Assembly (NCBI GenBank): GCA_046318795.1
Contig: JBKCTT010000154.1
Span: 18,949-82,948 of the forward strand
Reading direction: 5' to 3'
Origin: Pirellula sp.
GTDB lineage: Bacteria > Planctomycetota > Planctomycetia > Pirellulales > Pirellulaceae
DNA: 64,000 nucleotides
Below are positions 11,254-22,144 of this stretch, piece by piece (positions within the stretch are counted from its first letter, which is position 1; each line of letters starts with the position of its first letter). Under the pieces are notes generated by a model. That model had not been told where the DNA came from and ran no database searches. It worked only from the letters and a program-made list of their open reading frames with translations. The translations under genes and the position numbers were made by a program.

Positions 11254-12447
11254 ATGAAAATGGGCTTTACCATTCGGCATGTTCTCGTCTTACTATCGGC
11301 TGCTTTAATCGGATCTTTGTTAAATCTAGGTGTAACGGTGTGTTTAGGCAATGAGCCGGTGATGACGGCCGTCTTTCGTTCCGGAGAGAATGGAATTAAT
11401 CGTTATCGTATACCTGGTATCATCGCTACCGCGAGTGGAACATTGATTGCTTATTGTGAAGCCCGTCGAAATAGCTCCGCGGATTGGGGCGAAATCGAAG
11501 TTCATATGAGTCGATCGACTGACAACGGAAATACATGGAGCTTACCTGTTTTTGTAGCTCATCATGGCGATCGTATCGAGGGAAATCCCACCAAGAAAAC
11601 GGACGTTGGTCGCTCAGAACAAACCGTCAATAATCCCGTTGCCATTCTCGATCCTAAAACGGGTGGAATCGAATTTTTGTATTGCGTGAACTACTCAAGA
11701 TGCTTTTCGATGCAGAGTCTCGACGATGGACTCACATGGAGCCGACCCGTGGAGATCACTAGTTCCTTTGAACCGTTTCGCGGGCAGTATGATTGGAACG
11801 TCATCGCTACTGGGCCAGGGCATGGCATCGCCTTAGCAAGCGGGCGACTCGTTGTACCTATCTGGCTAGCCTACGGAAAATCGGGTGCTCATGCGCCTTC
11901 AGCCACTGGTACCATTTACAGTGATGACTCTGGCAAAAGCTGGAACGCAGGAAGCATTGTTGTTCCGAACAAGCCCCCCTATATCAATCCTAACGAATCG
12001 ACTTTGGCAAAGCTTCCCGGGGATCGAGTCATCATGGTTACTCGATCTCACTCGTTGCCAAGCCGAAAGATCGTGTCGATCAGTCCGAATGGAGTCAGCG
12101 ATTGGTCAGAGCCTCAGTTCGCCGATGATCTTTGGGAGCCTATTTGCATGGCAGGTCTAGTAACCCATCCTGCAAAACCCGGAATGCTAATTCTCTCCTC
12201 CCCTCGCTCTCTCGCCACTTCCCCGAACGGCCAAAGGATTCCTGGCAAGGGGGCACCTCGGAAAAATCTCTCAATCCAAATGAGTCAAGATGAAGGAAAG
12301 ACTTGGGGGGCACCGAAAACCCTAGAAATTGGTAGCAGTGCGTATTCTGATTTGGCAGTGCTGCCGGATCAGAGCGTTGTCTGTCTTTTTGAAAGGGGAG
12401 AATCGATTTTCTGCGCAAGATTTTCTTTGGATTGGATCTCTGAGTAG
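11254..12447 (+). CDS. Exo-alpha-sialidase (GH33, BNR/Asp-box repeats)
   Basis: YRIP motif, Asp-boxes SxDxGxTW (STDNGNTW, SLDDGLTW, SDDSGKSW, SQDEGKTW), AYSDL; signal/TM at N-terminus. Confidence 0.9.
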   Translation: MKMGFTIRHVLVLLSAALIGSLLNLGVTVCLGNEPVMTAVFRSGENGINRYRIPGIIATASGTLIAYCEARRNSSADWGEIEVHMSRSTDNGNTWSLPVFVAHHGDRIEGNPTKKTDVGRSEQTVNNPVAILDPKTGGIEFLYCVNYSRCFSMQSLDDGLTWSRPVEITSSFEPFRGQYDWNVIATGPGHGIALASGRLVVPIWLAYGKSGAHAPSATGTIYSDDSGKSWNAGSIVVPNKPPYINPNESTLAKLPGDRVIMVTRSHSLPSRKIVSISPNGVSDWSEPQFADDLWEPICMAGLVTHPAKPGMLILSSPRSLATSPNGQRIPGKGAPRKNLSIQMSQDEGKTWGAPKTLEIGSSAYSDLAVLPDQSVVCLFERGESIFCARFSLDWISE

Positions 12448-12570
12448 TTCCCCACTCGATCTGTTATAAATTAGACTATTGGCAGGCGGTCGTTATCGCC
12501 TGCGCCCGAATCCCACCCGTATCGTATGTGACGGAAACTCAATTCAGAGACGTCATGCCACAATACGCTG

Positions 12571-15500
12571 GTGAAGCCTTTGCACCTCTCAACCCTCATA
12601 CCGATGATACCTTCTATGCACTCCTTTATTGGGTCTTGTAGAGCCATTCCGTCGCTGGAAAGAGTTCTTTCCATAAGATCTTCGACTTGGTTGCTTCCTG
12701 TGCTTCTGCTGTTCGGGGGGGTGTGCCTCGCGACGGAGCGAACTTTAGAAGCTAGCTCTCCAGCCGATAAAAAGCAAATAGTGCTGATCGCGGGTCGAGC
12801 CAGCCACGGCTACGGTTCACACGAGCATTACGCCGGTTGCAAACTATTGGCTGATCTGATCGAAAAGGCCTACCCAGGCGTTAAGTGCCAAGTTGTAAAG
12901 GATGGTTGGCCTAAGGACGAGTCCATACTCGACACGGCCGATGCGATTGTCATTTATGCCGACGGCGGTGGCGGGCATCCTGCAATGCCACACTTAGAGA
13001 AGCTCAAAAAGCAGATTGACCGAGGTGTCGGCTTCGTCTGTTTACATTACGCAGTGGAAGTCCCCAAAGGGGATGCTGGAGATCGGTTCAAAGATTGGCT
13101 CGGTGGTTACTTCGAAACACATTGGTCTGTGAACCCGATTTGGAACGCCGAATTTAAGGAGTTACCAAAGCACCCGATCACCCGCGGAGTGAAGCCGTTC
13201 AGCATGTTTGACGAATGGTACTTTCACATGCGGTTTCGCGAAAACATGGATGGCGTGACCCCTGTATTGTCTGCTGTCCCACCAAAGAGCACCATGGAGC
13301 GTCCAGATGGTCCACACAGCGGCAATCCTGCCGTGCGTGAAGAGGTGGCGCGCGGTGATAAGCAGCATGTCGGTTGGGCTACAGAAAGAAAAGATGGCGG
13401 GCGCTCCTTTGGATTTACAGGCGGCCACTTTCATTGGAATTGGGGACGAGTCGATCAAACTCGTTTGGTGGCCAATGCAATTCTTTGGGCCGCCAAAATT
13501 GATGTGCCCGAATCGGGAATCAAAATTGATTCTTTGACAATGGATATGCTGCTAGTAGATCAAGACGAGCAGCAGCCATCAAACTTTGATCCGGAAAAGA
13601 CCGCCAAAGAATTCGGCGTGATTCTCGGACAATCGGGCGGGAATGATGGAAACGCGCCCACCAAAGACAAGGGAGCAACCAAATCAAAAGCGAAGCTGTT
13701 GTTCTCCAGTCCAGTGCTCACTTCTCAAACTCCAGGCCATCAGATTTCTGTGGAGGTCGATGTAAAGGGTGCTAACGATCTATTTTTGATCGTCATGCCA
13801 GGACTCGACGGTTTCGGTTGCGATTGGGCGAATTGGGTTGAACCGATCCTGGTCGGTCCTAAAGGTGAGAAATCGCTTCTGGATTTAAACTGGAAGCGAG
13901 CCACTGCGGACTGGGGGGCGGTCAACAAAAATGGTAATGCCGATGGTGGCCCAATGTCGGTACAAGGAAAAAGAGTTTCCGGACTTGGTACACATGCCAC
14001 GAGCGTGATTCATTACGAACTGCCGGAGGGCTATGAAAAGTTCAAGGTCAAGTGTGCCTTGGATGACGGAGGTGTTAATCAGAACGGCGGGGCAGCGACT
14101 TCGGTGCGATTCTTTGTTTCTACCGGAGGTGTTCCCGATGGTTTAAATGATTGGGGGCGTGATCCTGGCGGTAGTGTCGACTCCAGAAAACCTGAGAATG
14201 CGGTTGCTGGACTGGACGTGGCTGACGGCGTCGTGGCAACCCTATCTTCATCGGAACCTGTTCTCAAGAGTCTTACGAATCTCGATATCGATCATCGCGG
14301 TCGAGTTTGGGTGTGCGAGGTCGTCAATTATCGCGGCCACAGAAATGACCGTCCCGAGGGGGATCGTATTCTGATACTAGAGGATACCGACCAAGATGGT
14401 GTAATGGACAAGACGACCGTGTTTTACCAAGGTCGCGATATTGATTCCGCCCTAGGGTTATGCGTCCTCGGTAATCGTGTTTTGGTCAGTGCGGCCCCCT
14501 ATGTTTTCGAATTCATCGATGAGGATGGAGACGACAAGCCGGATCGTAAGACCGCGATTCTAACCAAGACGGGGGAACCACAGCATGATCATTCGGTGCA
14601 TTCCTTTGTTTTTGGTCCAGACGGTAAGCTCTACTTTAATTTTGGTAACACCGGTAAAAGACTCTGCGATCGGGACGGCAATCCCATGAGAGATCGTTGG
14701 GGACGAGTTATAGATGACAGTGGCAAGCCGTATCGTCAGGGGATGGTGTTCCGATGCAACGAGGACTTGTCCGATATGGAAGTTCTCGGTCACAATTTCC
14801 GTAATAATTATGAGGTCGCGGTCGATTCGTTCGGTTCTCTATGGCAATCCGATAACGATGATGACGGAAACCGTGCAACGCGAATTAACTTTGTGATGGA
14901 ATTCGGAAATTATGGTTACGTGGATGAACTCACCGGCGAAGGCTGGCAAGTTGAACGAGCCAACTTAGAAAAAGAAATACCGAATCGCCATTGGCACCTC
15001 AACGACCCGGGCGTCGTTCCCACGATGCTGATCACCGGTGCGGGTTCACCCACTGGTATCATGGTCTACGAAGGAGATTTGCTACCCAATAAATTCCAAA
15101 ACGAAGTGATTCACTGCGACGCGGGTCCCAATGTTGTACGAGCTTATCCTACGACCAAGGCTGGTGCGGGTTATAACGCAACTATCGAAAATCTTCTGGT
15201 CGGAAATAAAGATCGATGGTTCCGACCAGCCGATTGTTGTACTGCTCCAGACGGCTCTGTCTTTGTCTCCGATTGGTACGATCCAGGAGTGGGAGGCCAC
15301 CACATGGAAGACATGAATCGTGGCCGACTATTCCGATTGGCGCCACCCAATACCAAGTACACCGTTCCTAAATTCGATCTGTCTACGGCCGAGGGAGCTA
15401 CCAAGGCGTTAATGAATCCCAATCAATCGGTTCGTTATTTGGCATTCAAGGCACTGACCCAAATGGGTAGTCCCGCAAAGCCCTCCCTTGAGAAGCTCGC

Positions 15501-16065
15501 TAAACACGAGAACCCTCGTATGCGAGCTCGTGCCCTTTGGGTTTTAGCCAAGATATCCCCTGCTGCCGATGTCGTTAGGATCGCCTTGGGCGACGCCGAT
15601 GAGAATGTTCGTTGTGCAGGAATACGCATCGCTCGCCAAGCCAAGCTCGCCACTAACTCTTATATGAGTCAAGTGGTAGCAGACAAGGAAATGAGCGTTC
15701 TTAGAGAAGGTTGCATTGCTCTTCGAGAAGATTCCTCATCAGATATGCCGAGGTTTTGGATGGAAATGGCCAAGCGATATGACGGTCAGGATCGATGGTA
15801 TCTCGAGAGTTTAGGAATCGCAGCTACCGATCGATGGGATGAGTGTCTCGGACTTCTCAAAGATAAACCACTCGCAAATCGAGCTGCGCATGATGGTATC
15901 GTCTGGCGATCGCGAGGTAGTCGAGCGGCCAGTATGCAAGCGGCGTTGTTAAAGAAAGAGGACGTAAAAGAAGAGTCGGTCCCTGCGATTTTTAGAGCTT
16001 TGGATTTCCAAGATCGCAACACGAGAGACGCAGCCTTGAAGAGCCTCTTGAATCCAGCTCCTTAA
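12571..16065 (+). CDS. PVC-type membrane-bound dehydrogenase-like protein: ThuA-like + NPCBM/NEW2 + beta-propeller + HEAT repeats
   Basis: 'SHGYGSHEH...GGHFHWNW' ThuA-like domain; 'WGAVNKN..GLGTHATS' NPCBM; 'GHNFRNNYE, SDNDDDGN, WFRPAD, VSDWYDPGVGGH' propeller typical of PVC proteins; true start probably downstream of 12571. Confidence 0.8.
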   Translation: MKPLHLSTLIPMIPSMHSFIGSCRAIPSLERVLSIRSSTWLLPVLLLFGGVCLATERTLEASSPADKKQIVLIAGRASHGYGSHEHYAGCKLLADLIEKAYPGVKCQVVKDGWPKDESILDTADAIVIYADGGGGHPAMPHLEKLKKQIDRGVGFVCLHYAVEVPKGDAGDRFKDWLGGYFETHWSVNPIWNAEFKELPKHPITRGVKPFSMFDEWYFHMRFRENMDGVTPVLSAVPPKSTMERPDGPHSGNPAVREEVARGDKQHVGWATERKDGGRSFGFTGGHFHWNWGRVDQTRLVANAILWAAKIDVPESGIKIDSLTMDMLLVDQDEQQPSNFDPEKTAKEFGVILGQSGGNDGNAPTKDKGATKSKAKLLFSSPVLTSQTPGHQISVEVDVKGANDLFLIVMPGLDGFGCDWANWVEPILVGPKGEKSLLDLNWKRATADWGAVNKNGNADGGPMSVQGKRVSGLGTHATSVIHYELPEGYEKFKVKCALDDGGVNQNGGAATSVRFFVSTGGVPDGLNDWGRDPGGSVDSRKPENAVAGLDVADGVVATLSSSEPVLKSLTNLDIDHRGRVWVCEVVNYRGHRNDRPEGDRILILEDTDQDGVMDKTTVFYQGRDIDSALGLCVLGNRVLVSAAPYVFEFIDEDGDDKPDRKTAILTKTGEPQHDHSVHSFVFGPDGKLYFNFGNTGKRLCDRDGNPMRDRWGRVIDDSGKPYRQGMVFRCNEDLSDMEVLGHNFRNNYEVAVDSFGSLWQSDNDDDGNRATRINFVMEFGNYGYVDELTGEGWQVERANLEKEIPNRHWHLNDPGVVPTMLITGAGSPTGIMVYEGDLLPNKFQNEVIHCDAGPNVVRAYPTTKAGAGYNATIENLLVGNKDRWFRPADCCTAPDGSVFVSDWYDPGVGGHHMEDMNRGRLFRLAPPNTKYTVPKFDLSTAEGATKALMNPNQSVRYLAFKALTQMGSPAKPSLEKLAKHENPRMRARALWVLAKISPAADVVRIALGDADENVRCAGIRIARQAKLATNSYMSQVVADKEMSVLREGCIALREDSSSDMPRFWMEMAKRYDGQDRWYLESLGIAATDRWDECLGLLKDKPLANRAAHDGIVWRSRGSRAASMQAALLKKEDVKEESVPAIFRALDFQDRNTRDAALKSLLNPAP

Positions 16066-16154
16066 CCAAATGCGAAGGTTGCAGCGTATCCTATGTTCGC
16101 TGCTCCGTTTTTGAATCCAAAAATCCTTCTACAGCGTGACCAAAATAATTCCTC

Positions 16155-17303
16155 ATGAGATACACCTTTTCCGCGAAATATTTTTTGCTCTTCGGTTTGC
16201 CAATTTGCATGTTGCTGGGAGCTGCGCCTGGGGCAATGTCCTTTGATTTAACGGATAAACCATCCGTCAAGGATCGGATTGTCGTCGAAGCACTTATGCG
16301 ATTACCCGATGTCGATGTAAACGCCGACGCAGACCTTAAGCAAACCGCCCTTCGCTACGTCGCCTCGTTAGGTGATGACCCAAAGAAAATTGAGATCATC
16401 CGTAAACTAAAACTAAAGGGGTTGTCGGAGCAGTTGCTAGCTCAAGCGGTCGGTTGGGGCATGTCGACACAAGCGGTTCAAGCGGTTGAACTAGTCGCTC
16501 AGCAAGATGGTTTAGATTCGCTGAAGAGCAAGTTATGCGACGCGGCACCTACCGAGTCGACGTTTACCCTGGCCAGGATCGCTTCACTAAGCAATAAACG
16601 CGAATTTTTGCAACTGCAGGAGGATCTACTCCAAAATGCTAATGCGAATAAATTTGTTCGCTCCGAAGCCGTGGTGTCCTTGGCTCGAAACGCATCGTAT
16701 CATCCCAAACTGTTGCAATTGGCCAAAGATGGGAAAATCCCCGAGGAAGCCAAAACGCTCCTCGGCCCAACTCTCCGGGCTTCAGAAAATGAGCAAGTGC
16801 GAAATGCAGCCAAGGAGTTGTTTCCCATTAATTCCGCGAACGCACGAGAGTTGCCGCCGGTGCAGCAGCTTGTTGCGAGAAGAGGAAACGTCGAAGAGGG
16901 CAAGAAGTTGTACTTTGGTGTCGCCACCTGTTCACAGTGCCATATGGTTGGCGCGGAGGGCAAGAATGTTGGACCGAGTTTGACGGAAATTGGCAGTAAG
17001 TTAACCAAAGAAGCCATGTTGGTTTCCATCGTTTCTCCCAGCGCTGGAATCAGTCATAATTATGAATCATTCGCGGTGCGAACCGATGATGACGAGGTCG
17101 TCGTCGGCTTGATGGTCTCCAATACAGAACAATCGATAACGCTGCGCGACGCGAAGGGGATCGAATACACATTTGCAAAAACCGATATCGACGAACTCAG
17201 AAAGCAAGAGAAATCGCTCATGCCGGAAAACTTGCACGAACTCATTTCTGAACAAGGATTGGTGGATATTGTCGAGTATTTGACCACGCTAACGAAGAAG
17301 TAA
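16155..17303 (+). CDS. PVC-type putative heme-binding cytochrome c protein
   Basis: Signal peptide, HEAT-like repeats, CSQCH heme motif, GPSLTEIG, SLMPENL. Confidence 0.85.
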   Translation: MRYTFSAKYFLLFGLPICMLLGAAPGAMSFDLTDKPSVKDRIVVEALMRLPDVDVNADADLKQTALRYVASLGDDPKKIEIIRKLKLKGLSEQLLAQAVGWGMSTQAVQAVELVAQQDGLDSLKSKLCDAAPTESTFTLARIASLSNKREFLQLQEDLLQNANANKFVRSEAVVSLARNASYHPKLLQLAKDGKIPEEAKTLLGPTLRASENEQVRNAAKELFPINSANARELPPVQQLVARRGNVEEGKKLYFGVATCSQCHMVGAEGKNVGPSLTEIGSKLTKEAMLVSIVSPSAGISHNYESFAVRTDDDEVVVGLMVSNTEQSITLRDAKGIEYTFAKTDIDELRKQEKSLMPENLHELISEQGLVDIVEYLTTLTKK

Positions 17304-17485
17304 TAGGCATTGCCAACTCGGTTAGTGACTGTTTTCCAATACGGTGGCATAAGTATTACGACCATCAAAGTCGGCTTAAACTTACTAGGTTTGTAGGTTC
17401 CATCGGAAGAAATACCGGGCTACTTATTGTTTTTAACCCAGCATTTAAATGGGTTACGGGCAACGAGTCCGCTTTTGGAAACTGC

Positions 17486-18934
17486 TTGCTAACGGTGAAA
17501 GCCATGAATAATTCGGGCGTTTGTTCGACGATTGTTGAAGATCTCCGGGAAATGCTGACACAAGAGCGGTCGGCTCGTATCCAAGCAGAGAATCGGGCGG
17601 CCGATGCAGAGTCTCGTGCGTCGGAGATCTCGTCGCAGTTGCAACACACCAACCTAAGGTTGCGAGAGTACGCCGACGCGCTTGAGCATGAAGTTCAGCG
17701 AGCTAAAGCTGTCTTCGATTCCGCGGCAGAAGGCATTATCATCTTTGACGATAGCGGCCAAATCGAATCGATGAACAAGGCGGCTGAGAATATCTTCGGG
17801 ATTTCTATCAGATCACCCTCGAGCGATCTGGCCTCGTGGACGATTCAAAACTTGTTTGTCGACTTTTTGCGTTGTGATTCTGAAAACGAGAATTGTTTGG
17901 TAAGACGCGTCCAAGACGCCATGGGTAGATCGGTGGAAACCGACGGCAAGAAACCCGATGGCAGCACGATTCCAATTGAATTAGTCCTGGGCCAGTTCTC
18001 GCACGGGAACCAACGATGGTATAGCGGCATCGTGCGGGATTTATCACGCAGACGAATTCTGGAAGCCCAGTTAGCACAGGCTCAGAAACTGGAATCAGTC
18101 GGGCAGCTTGCGGCCGGAATCGCTCACGAGTTGAATACACCCATTCAATTTGTTGGTGATAACACCCGCTTTTTAAAAGAGTCGTTTATCACCATCGAAA
18201 ATGTCTTCGAAAAATTGGATCTCATGCTGCAGGCCACTGCAGGTGACACCGTATCGTTACAATCCGCTTTGCTTCAGTCGGATGATTTTCTAGAACTTTA
18301 TCAGTCGAGCGATCTTCATTTTCTGCGAGAAGAAATACCGCGAGCCATCGATCAGACACTCGAGGGAGCTGATAACGTCGCGAGAATTGTAAGGGCCATG
18401 AAAGTATTTTCGCACCCGGGTTCCAAAGAGCTGCAACAAATCGATCTCAATAGTGCTTTGGAAAGCACGATCACCGTTTCAAGAAACGAGTGGAAGTATT
18501 GTGCCAAGGTACAAACCAATTTTGCGAGCGATCTCCCAAAGATCTATTGCTTACCCGCCGAGCTGAATCAAGCGTTTCTCAATATTCTAGTGAATGGGGC
18601 TCACGCGATTCAAGCAAAAGGAGGAGATGCCTTAGGTCAATTGACCGTTACCACTCGTCAGGATGAGTCCCACATCTATGTCGACTTATCCGATACCGGG
18701 ACAGGTATACCCGAGTCGATCAGAAATCGTGTGTTCGATCCTTTCTTTACTACAAAGGGAGTGGGAAAAGGAACGGGACAGGGGTTAGCGATCGCTTACA
18801 ACGTTGTCGTCGAGCTTCATAAAGGGCAACTCTACTTCGATACCAAAGAGGGTGAAGGGACAACATTTCATATCGTGTTACCTATGAACGTATCAGCCCC
18901 GAATAAAATAGGTCATCGGGAACCAAAAACATGA
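17486..18934 (+). CDS. PAS-domain sensor histidine kinase (cytoplasmic, NtrB-like)
   Basis: PAS domain, GIAHELNTP, PAELNQAFLN, DTGTGI, FDPFFTTK, GTGQGL; likely start ATG 17504. Confidence 0.92.
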   Translation: MLTVKAMNNSGVCSTIVEDLREMLTQERSARIQAENRAADAESRASEISSQLQHTNLRLREYADALEHEVQRAKAVFDSAAEGIIIFDDSGQIESMNKAAENIFGISIRSPSSDLASWTIQNLFVDFLRCDSENENCLVRRVQDAMGRSVETDGKKPDGSTIPIELVLGQFSHGNQRWYSGIVRDLSRRRILEAQLAQAQKLESVGQLAAGIAHELNTPIQFVGDNTRFLKESFITIENVFEKLDLMLQATAGDTVSLQSALLQSDDFLELYQSSDLHFLREEIPRAIDQTLEGADNVARIVRAMKVFSHPGSKELQQIDLNSALESTITVSRNEWKYCAKVQTNFASDLPKIYCLPAELNQAFLNILVNGAHAIQAKGGDALGQLTVTTRQDESHIYVDLSDTGTGIPESIRNRVFDPFFTTKGVGKGTGQGLAIAYNVVVELHKGQLYFDTKEGEGTTFHIVLPMNVSAPNKIGHREPKT

Positions 18935-20049
18935 GTCCGTCACGTCGAGTGCTGCTGGTTGATGATGAAGTCAATCTACTGCAGGCGTTTCAAAGAAATT
19001 TGCGGGGGCGTTATGATTTAGTTACCGCTCCCGGTGGGCAAGCGGCTATCGATATGCTCAAAAGCAACGAGCCATTCGCCGTGGTGGTCAGTGATATGCA
19101 AATGCCTGAGGTGGACGGTATGCAGGTGTTGAGTGAAGCCCGTAGACTGGCTCCCGACACGGTCAGAATCATGTTGACAGGAAATGTAGATCAGAGCACG
19201 GCCGTGGCTGCAGTCAATTCGGGAGAGGTGTTTCGCTTTTTAAACAAGCCGTGTCCGTTTGAGACCTTTACCGCTGCGTTAGACGAAGGATTGCATCATT
19301 ACCAAATCGCCATAGCGGAAAAAGAACTTCTTTCCAAAACCTTGGCCGGATGTGTTGCCATGGTAAATGAGCTCCTATCGATTGCGAACCCTGTCTCTTT
19401 TGGCAGAGGAGGTCGAATGCGGCAATGGATCAAACGGCTGGGGGCATCGTTATCACTACCGAACCTATGGCAATATGAAATCGCAGCCATGTTATCCCAA
19501 TTGGGGAGTATTGGCGACATGTCCAAGCAGAGAGGACTGCGACTCGAATCGTTAGAGGACATGCAGCACGAATTAAAGACCCAAGCCGCCTTGAGTAGCT
19601 CGATGGTCAGCAAGATTCCAAAGTTAGAGACCATCGCTGCGATGATCGGTAGCCAATACTCAAAGCCCGGGCCAAAAGAAACCGCCGAGGTTGAGATGGG
19701 CGCCAAGCTGCTTAGGATGTTGAGCGAGTACGACATCGTCTTGGGGAATCGCACACCCGCCGAGGCTATTAGTCAGCTGCGCGAAAGTGCGTCTGTATAC
19801 CATCCGCAAGCGTTAGAGATATTTGCTTCGATGGTTCTAGGGCCGCATACTATAAAATCATTGGATTTGGATTCACTGCTCGATGGAATGATTCTGGAAA
19901 CGGATGTAATGACAACCAGTGGGGCGATATTGCTAAGTCATGGTCACGAATTAACGGGGAGCATGATTCAGAGATTGAGAAACTTTTCCAGGAACGGCAT
20001 TCCTGTTGTACAGCCAATCGTCGTTCGCGTGCCGTGCGGTACGAACTGA
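18931..20049 (+). CDS. Response regulator with receiver plus HD/HDOD-like output domain
   Basis: VLLVDDE, SDMQMP, MLTG, FLNKP; C-terminal 'AAMLSQLG' helical domain; overlaps kinase stop. Confidence 0.85.
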   Translation: MSPSRRVLLVDDEVNLLQAFQRNLRGRYDLVTAPGGQAAIDMLKSNEPFAVVVSDMQMPEVDGMQVLSEARRLAPDTVRIMLTGNVDQSTAVAAVNSGEVFRFLNKPCPFETFTAALDEGLHHYQIAIAEKELLSKTLAGCVAMVNELLSIANPVSFGRGGRMRQWIKRLGASLSLPNLWQYEIAAMLSQLGSIGDMSKQRGLRLESLEDMQHELKTQAALSSSMVSKIPKLETIAAMIGSQYSKPGPKETAEVEMGAKLLRMLSEYDIVLGNRTPAEAISQLRESASVYHPQALEIFASMVLGPHTIKSLDLDSLLDGMILETDVMTTSGAILLSHGHELTGSMIQRLRNFSRNGIPVVQPIVVRVPCGTN

Positions 20050-20056
20050 CGGTTGT

Positions 20057-20983
20057 TTAGCCGTAGATTGTCCATAGGAGAAAGAGGCCGAGAACGAATC
20101 GATAGATGGCAAAAGGGATGAAGCCATGCTGCCGCACCCATGACATGAACCAAGCGATCACCGCATAGGCTACAAGAAAACTCACGACAAAACCCGCGGC
20201 TAAATTACCCCATTCGCTAAGTGTTGGCAGATCATGTTTGAGAACGAACTGTACCAGCTTAAACCCAGCCGCGGCAGTCATAACAGGGATTGCCAAAAAG
20301 AAGCTGAATTCTAGAGCAACAGTCCGCGAGAGTCCGAATAGTTGACCACCGATGATGGTGGACATCGATCGACTGGTACCCGGAAACGCGGCGGCTAGAA
20401 TCTGAAAGAGACCGATCGCGATTGCTTGCTTGGGAGATACCTCTTCCATCGAATGAGTCGTCGGATTTTTTCCGAAACCATAGTCGACCACAAGCATAAC
20501 AATGGCACCGATGATTAGCGAAACGGCGATCACCAGCGAACTCTCCATGTTTTCGCCGATCATTTTGTCGATGACTAAGCAGGGGAGTGCGGTCACGACA
20601 AAGCTAAGGAGCACTAGAACGAGGGGGTGCCTTTTCCAGTCGATGGATCTTGGAGAATCGTTCGGTGATAGGACGGTGTTGTCGTTCGCAGCACCCACGA
20701 CAGCATGTTTGGAATTCCCCGCCGTTTTCGGTTGTTTCCAGGCGAGCCAAAAGGAGTGAACAAATCCGAGCAGTCTGCCGCGGAAGAACAGGACCACAGA
20801 AAGGATGGCCCCGAGTTGGATAACGACGGCAAACATCTTCCAAAACGGAGATTCGCGGTCCGTGCCAAGCAGGTCTTGAACCAGGAGAATGTGGGCGGTA
20901 GAGCTTACGGGCAGGAACTCGGTAAGCCCCTCGACGATGCCTTGTAGGATTGAGGAAAGCAGGTCGTTCATGGCAAAAAACAA
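20057..20983 (-). CDS. uppP: Undecaprenyl-diphosphate phosphatase (BacA/UppP)
   Basis: QGIVEGLTEFLPVSSTAH, IQLGAIL, PGTSRS, EFSFFLAIP motifs; likely start ATG 20971. Confidence 0.95.
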   Translation of the reverse strand: MFFAMNDLLSSILQGIVEGLTEFLPVSSTAHILLVQDLLGTDRESPFWKMFAVVIQLGAILSVVLFFRGRLLGFVHSFWLAWKQPKTAGNSKHAVVGAANDNTVLSPNDSPRSIDWKRHPLVLVLLSFVVTALPCLVIDKMIGENMESSLVIAVSLIIGAIVMLVVDYGFGKNPTTHSMEEVSPKQAIAIGLFQILAAAFPGTSRSMSTIIGGQLFGLSRTVALEFSFFLAIPVMTAAAGFKLVQFVLKHDLPTLSEWGNLAAGFVVSFLVAYAVIAWFMSWVRQHGFIPFAIYRFVLGLFLLWTIYG

Positions 20984-21010
20984 GTTCGGGGAGGGCGGTA
21001 GATTGCGATT

Positions 21011-22144
21011 GTGACTTCCAAACCGCGTGGAAAGGTCACTGATTTAGGGACTTTAACCGAATTATCGTGGTGCCAGTCAAACTTTTTGGTCTGTAGCGAT
21101 TGTGAGGATCGGAATAAACTGCTGGCTATGAAGCTGCGACTACGACTATGGGGCAAGAAAAAAGGGGGCCGGATGACTGGCTGGTGGATCATAGGATCCC
21201 TCGGCGAGGCATCGTTCTTTGCTGCCTGCTTTATTGTTGGGGTTCTCGGGCTATCGACCTTTGTCAATTGGTTTCAAGTAGGGGGCGGATTCTGGCTGCT
21301 GGTTGGGGTTTCCTCGACTTTGGTGATCCTAGGAGCGGTCGGTTTTTGGTATGGCGTGATCAAGGTTGCGATGAGCGACGAGCACCGAGAAGCTATTGCT
21401 AAAAGCGGCCTGCTTCCCAAGCCAAAGGGGCGAACCAAAAAATCCCCTCCCCCAATGATTCCGTCTTTGGAATCGTTCAATGACAGTCCTGGAGCCAAGC
21501 TCGCGTATCGGCTTCCAGGGTTTGCTACGGAAAGGTTTTCGCTGATTGCGGTCGGTATGTTAGCGATGGCTTGGAATGCGATGCTAGCAATTTTTATGGT
21601 CGTTGCGATCCGGCGTATGGCGGACGGTCAGATCCCATATGTCCTTTTAGGATTGATAGGTTTGGGAGGCTTTATTGGATTTCGCGTATCCAAGATTTTT
21701 GTGAAGTCGTATGTCCAGGCGATTGGGATTGGATCCACAACAGTTGAGATCGAGGATTTGCCTTTAGTGCCTGGCAAGACGTATCGGGTGGTGTTAGTGC
21801 AGTATGGCAAGCTGGTCCTAAAGAAACTTTCTTTGAGGCTAGTATGTGAGGAGGAAAGCACCTATCATTTTGGCACAGACGTTCGAACAGAGAGAGCGAT
21901 CGTCCAGGAGCAACCGGTTCTCAATCAGGGTAGAACGAGGATTGATTGGGGCCGGCCGTTGGAGCTTGAGGGTGAGGTGCACATACCGGTAGATGCGATG
22001 CACTCCTTTCAGAGTCTTCACAACGCAATACATTGGAAGTTCATAGTTGAAGGAGAAGCGAATCGATGGCCATCGTACTGCCGAAATTTCCCCGTAGTGG
22101 TGTATCCACAAGAAGTGCAGACGTATGTCGAGGCAAAGTCATGA
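21011..22144 (+). CDS. Conserved hypothetical membrane protein
   Basis: Four TM helices plus C-terminal beta-rich domain; likely start ATG 21128. Confidence 0.7.
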   Translation: MTSKPRGKVTDLGTLTELSWCQSNFLVCSDCEDRNKLLAMKLRLRLWGKKKGGRMTGWWIIGSLGEASFFAACFIVGVLGLSTFVNWFQVGGGFWLLVGVSSTLVILGAVGFWYGVIKVAMSDEHREAIAKSGLLPKPKGRTKKSPPPMIPSLESFNDSPGAKLAYRLPGFATERFSLIAVGMLAMAWNAMLAIFMVVAIRRMADGQIPYVLLGLIGLGGFIGFRVSKIFVKSYVQAIGIGSTTVEIEDLPLVPGKTYRVVLVQYGKLVLKKLSLRLVCEEESTYHFGTDVRTERAIVQEQPVLNQGRTRIDWGRPLELEGEVHIPVDAMHSFQSLHNAIHWKFIVEGEANRWPSYCRNFPVVVYPQEVQTYVEAKS

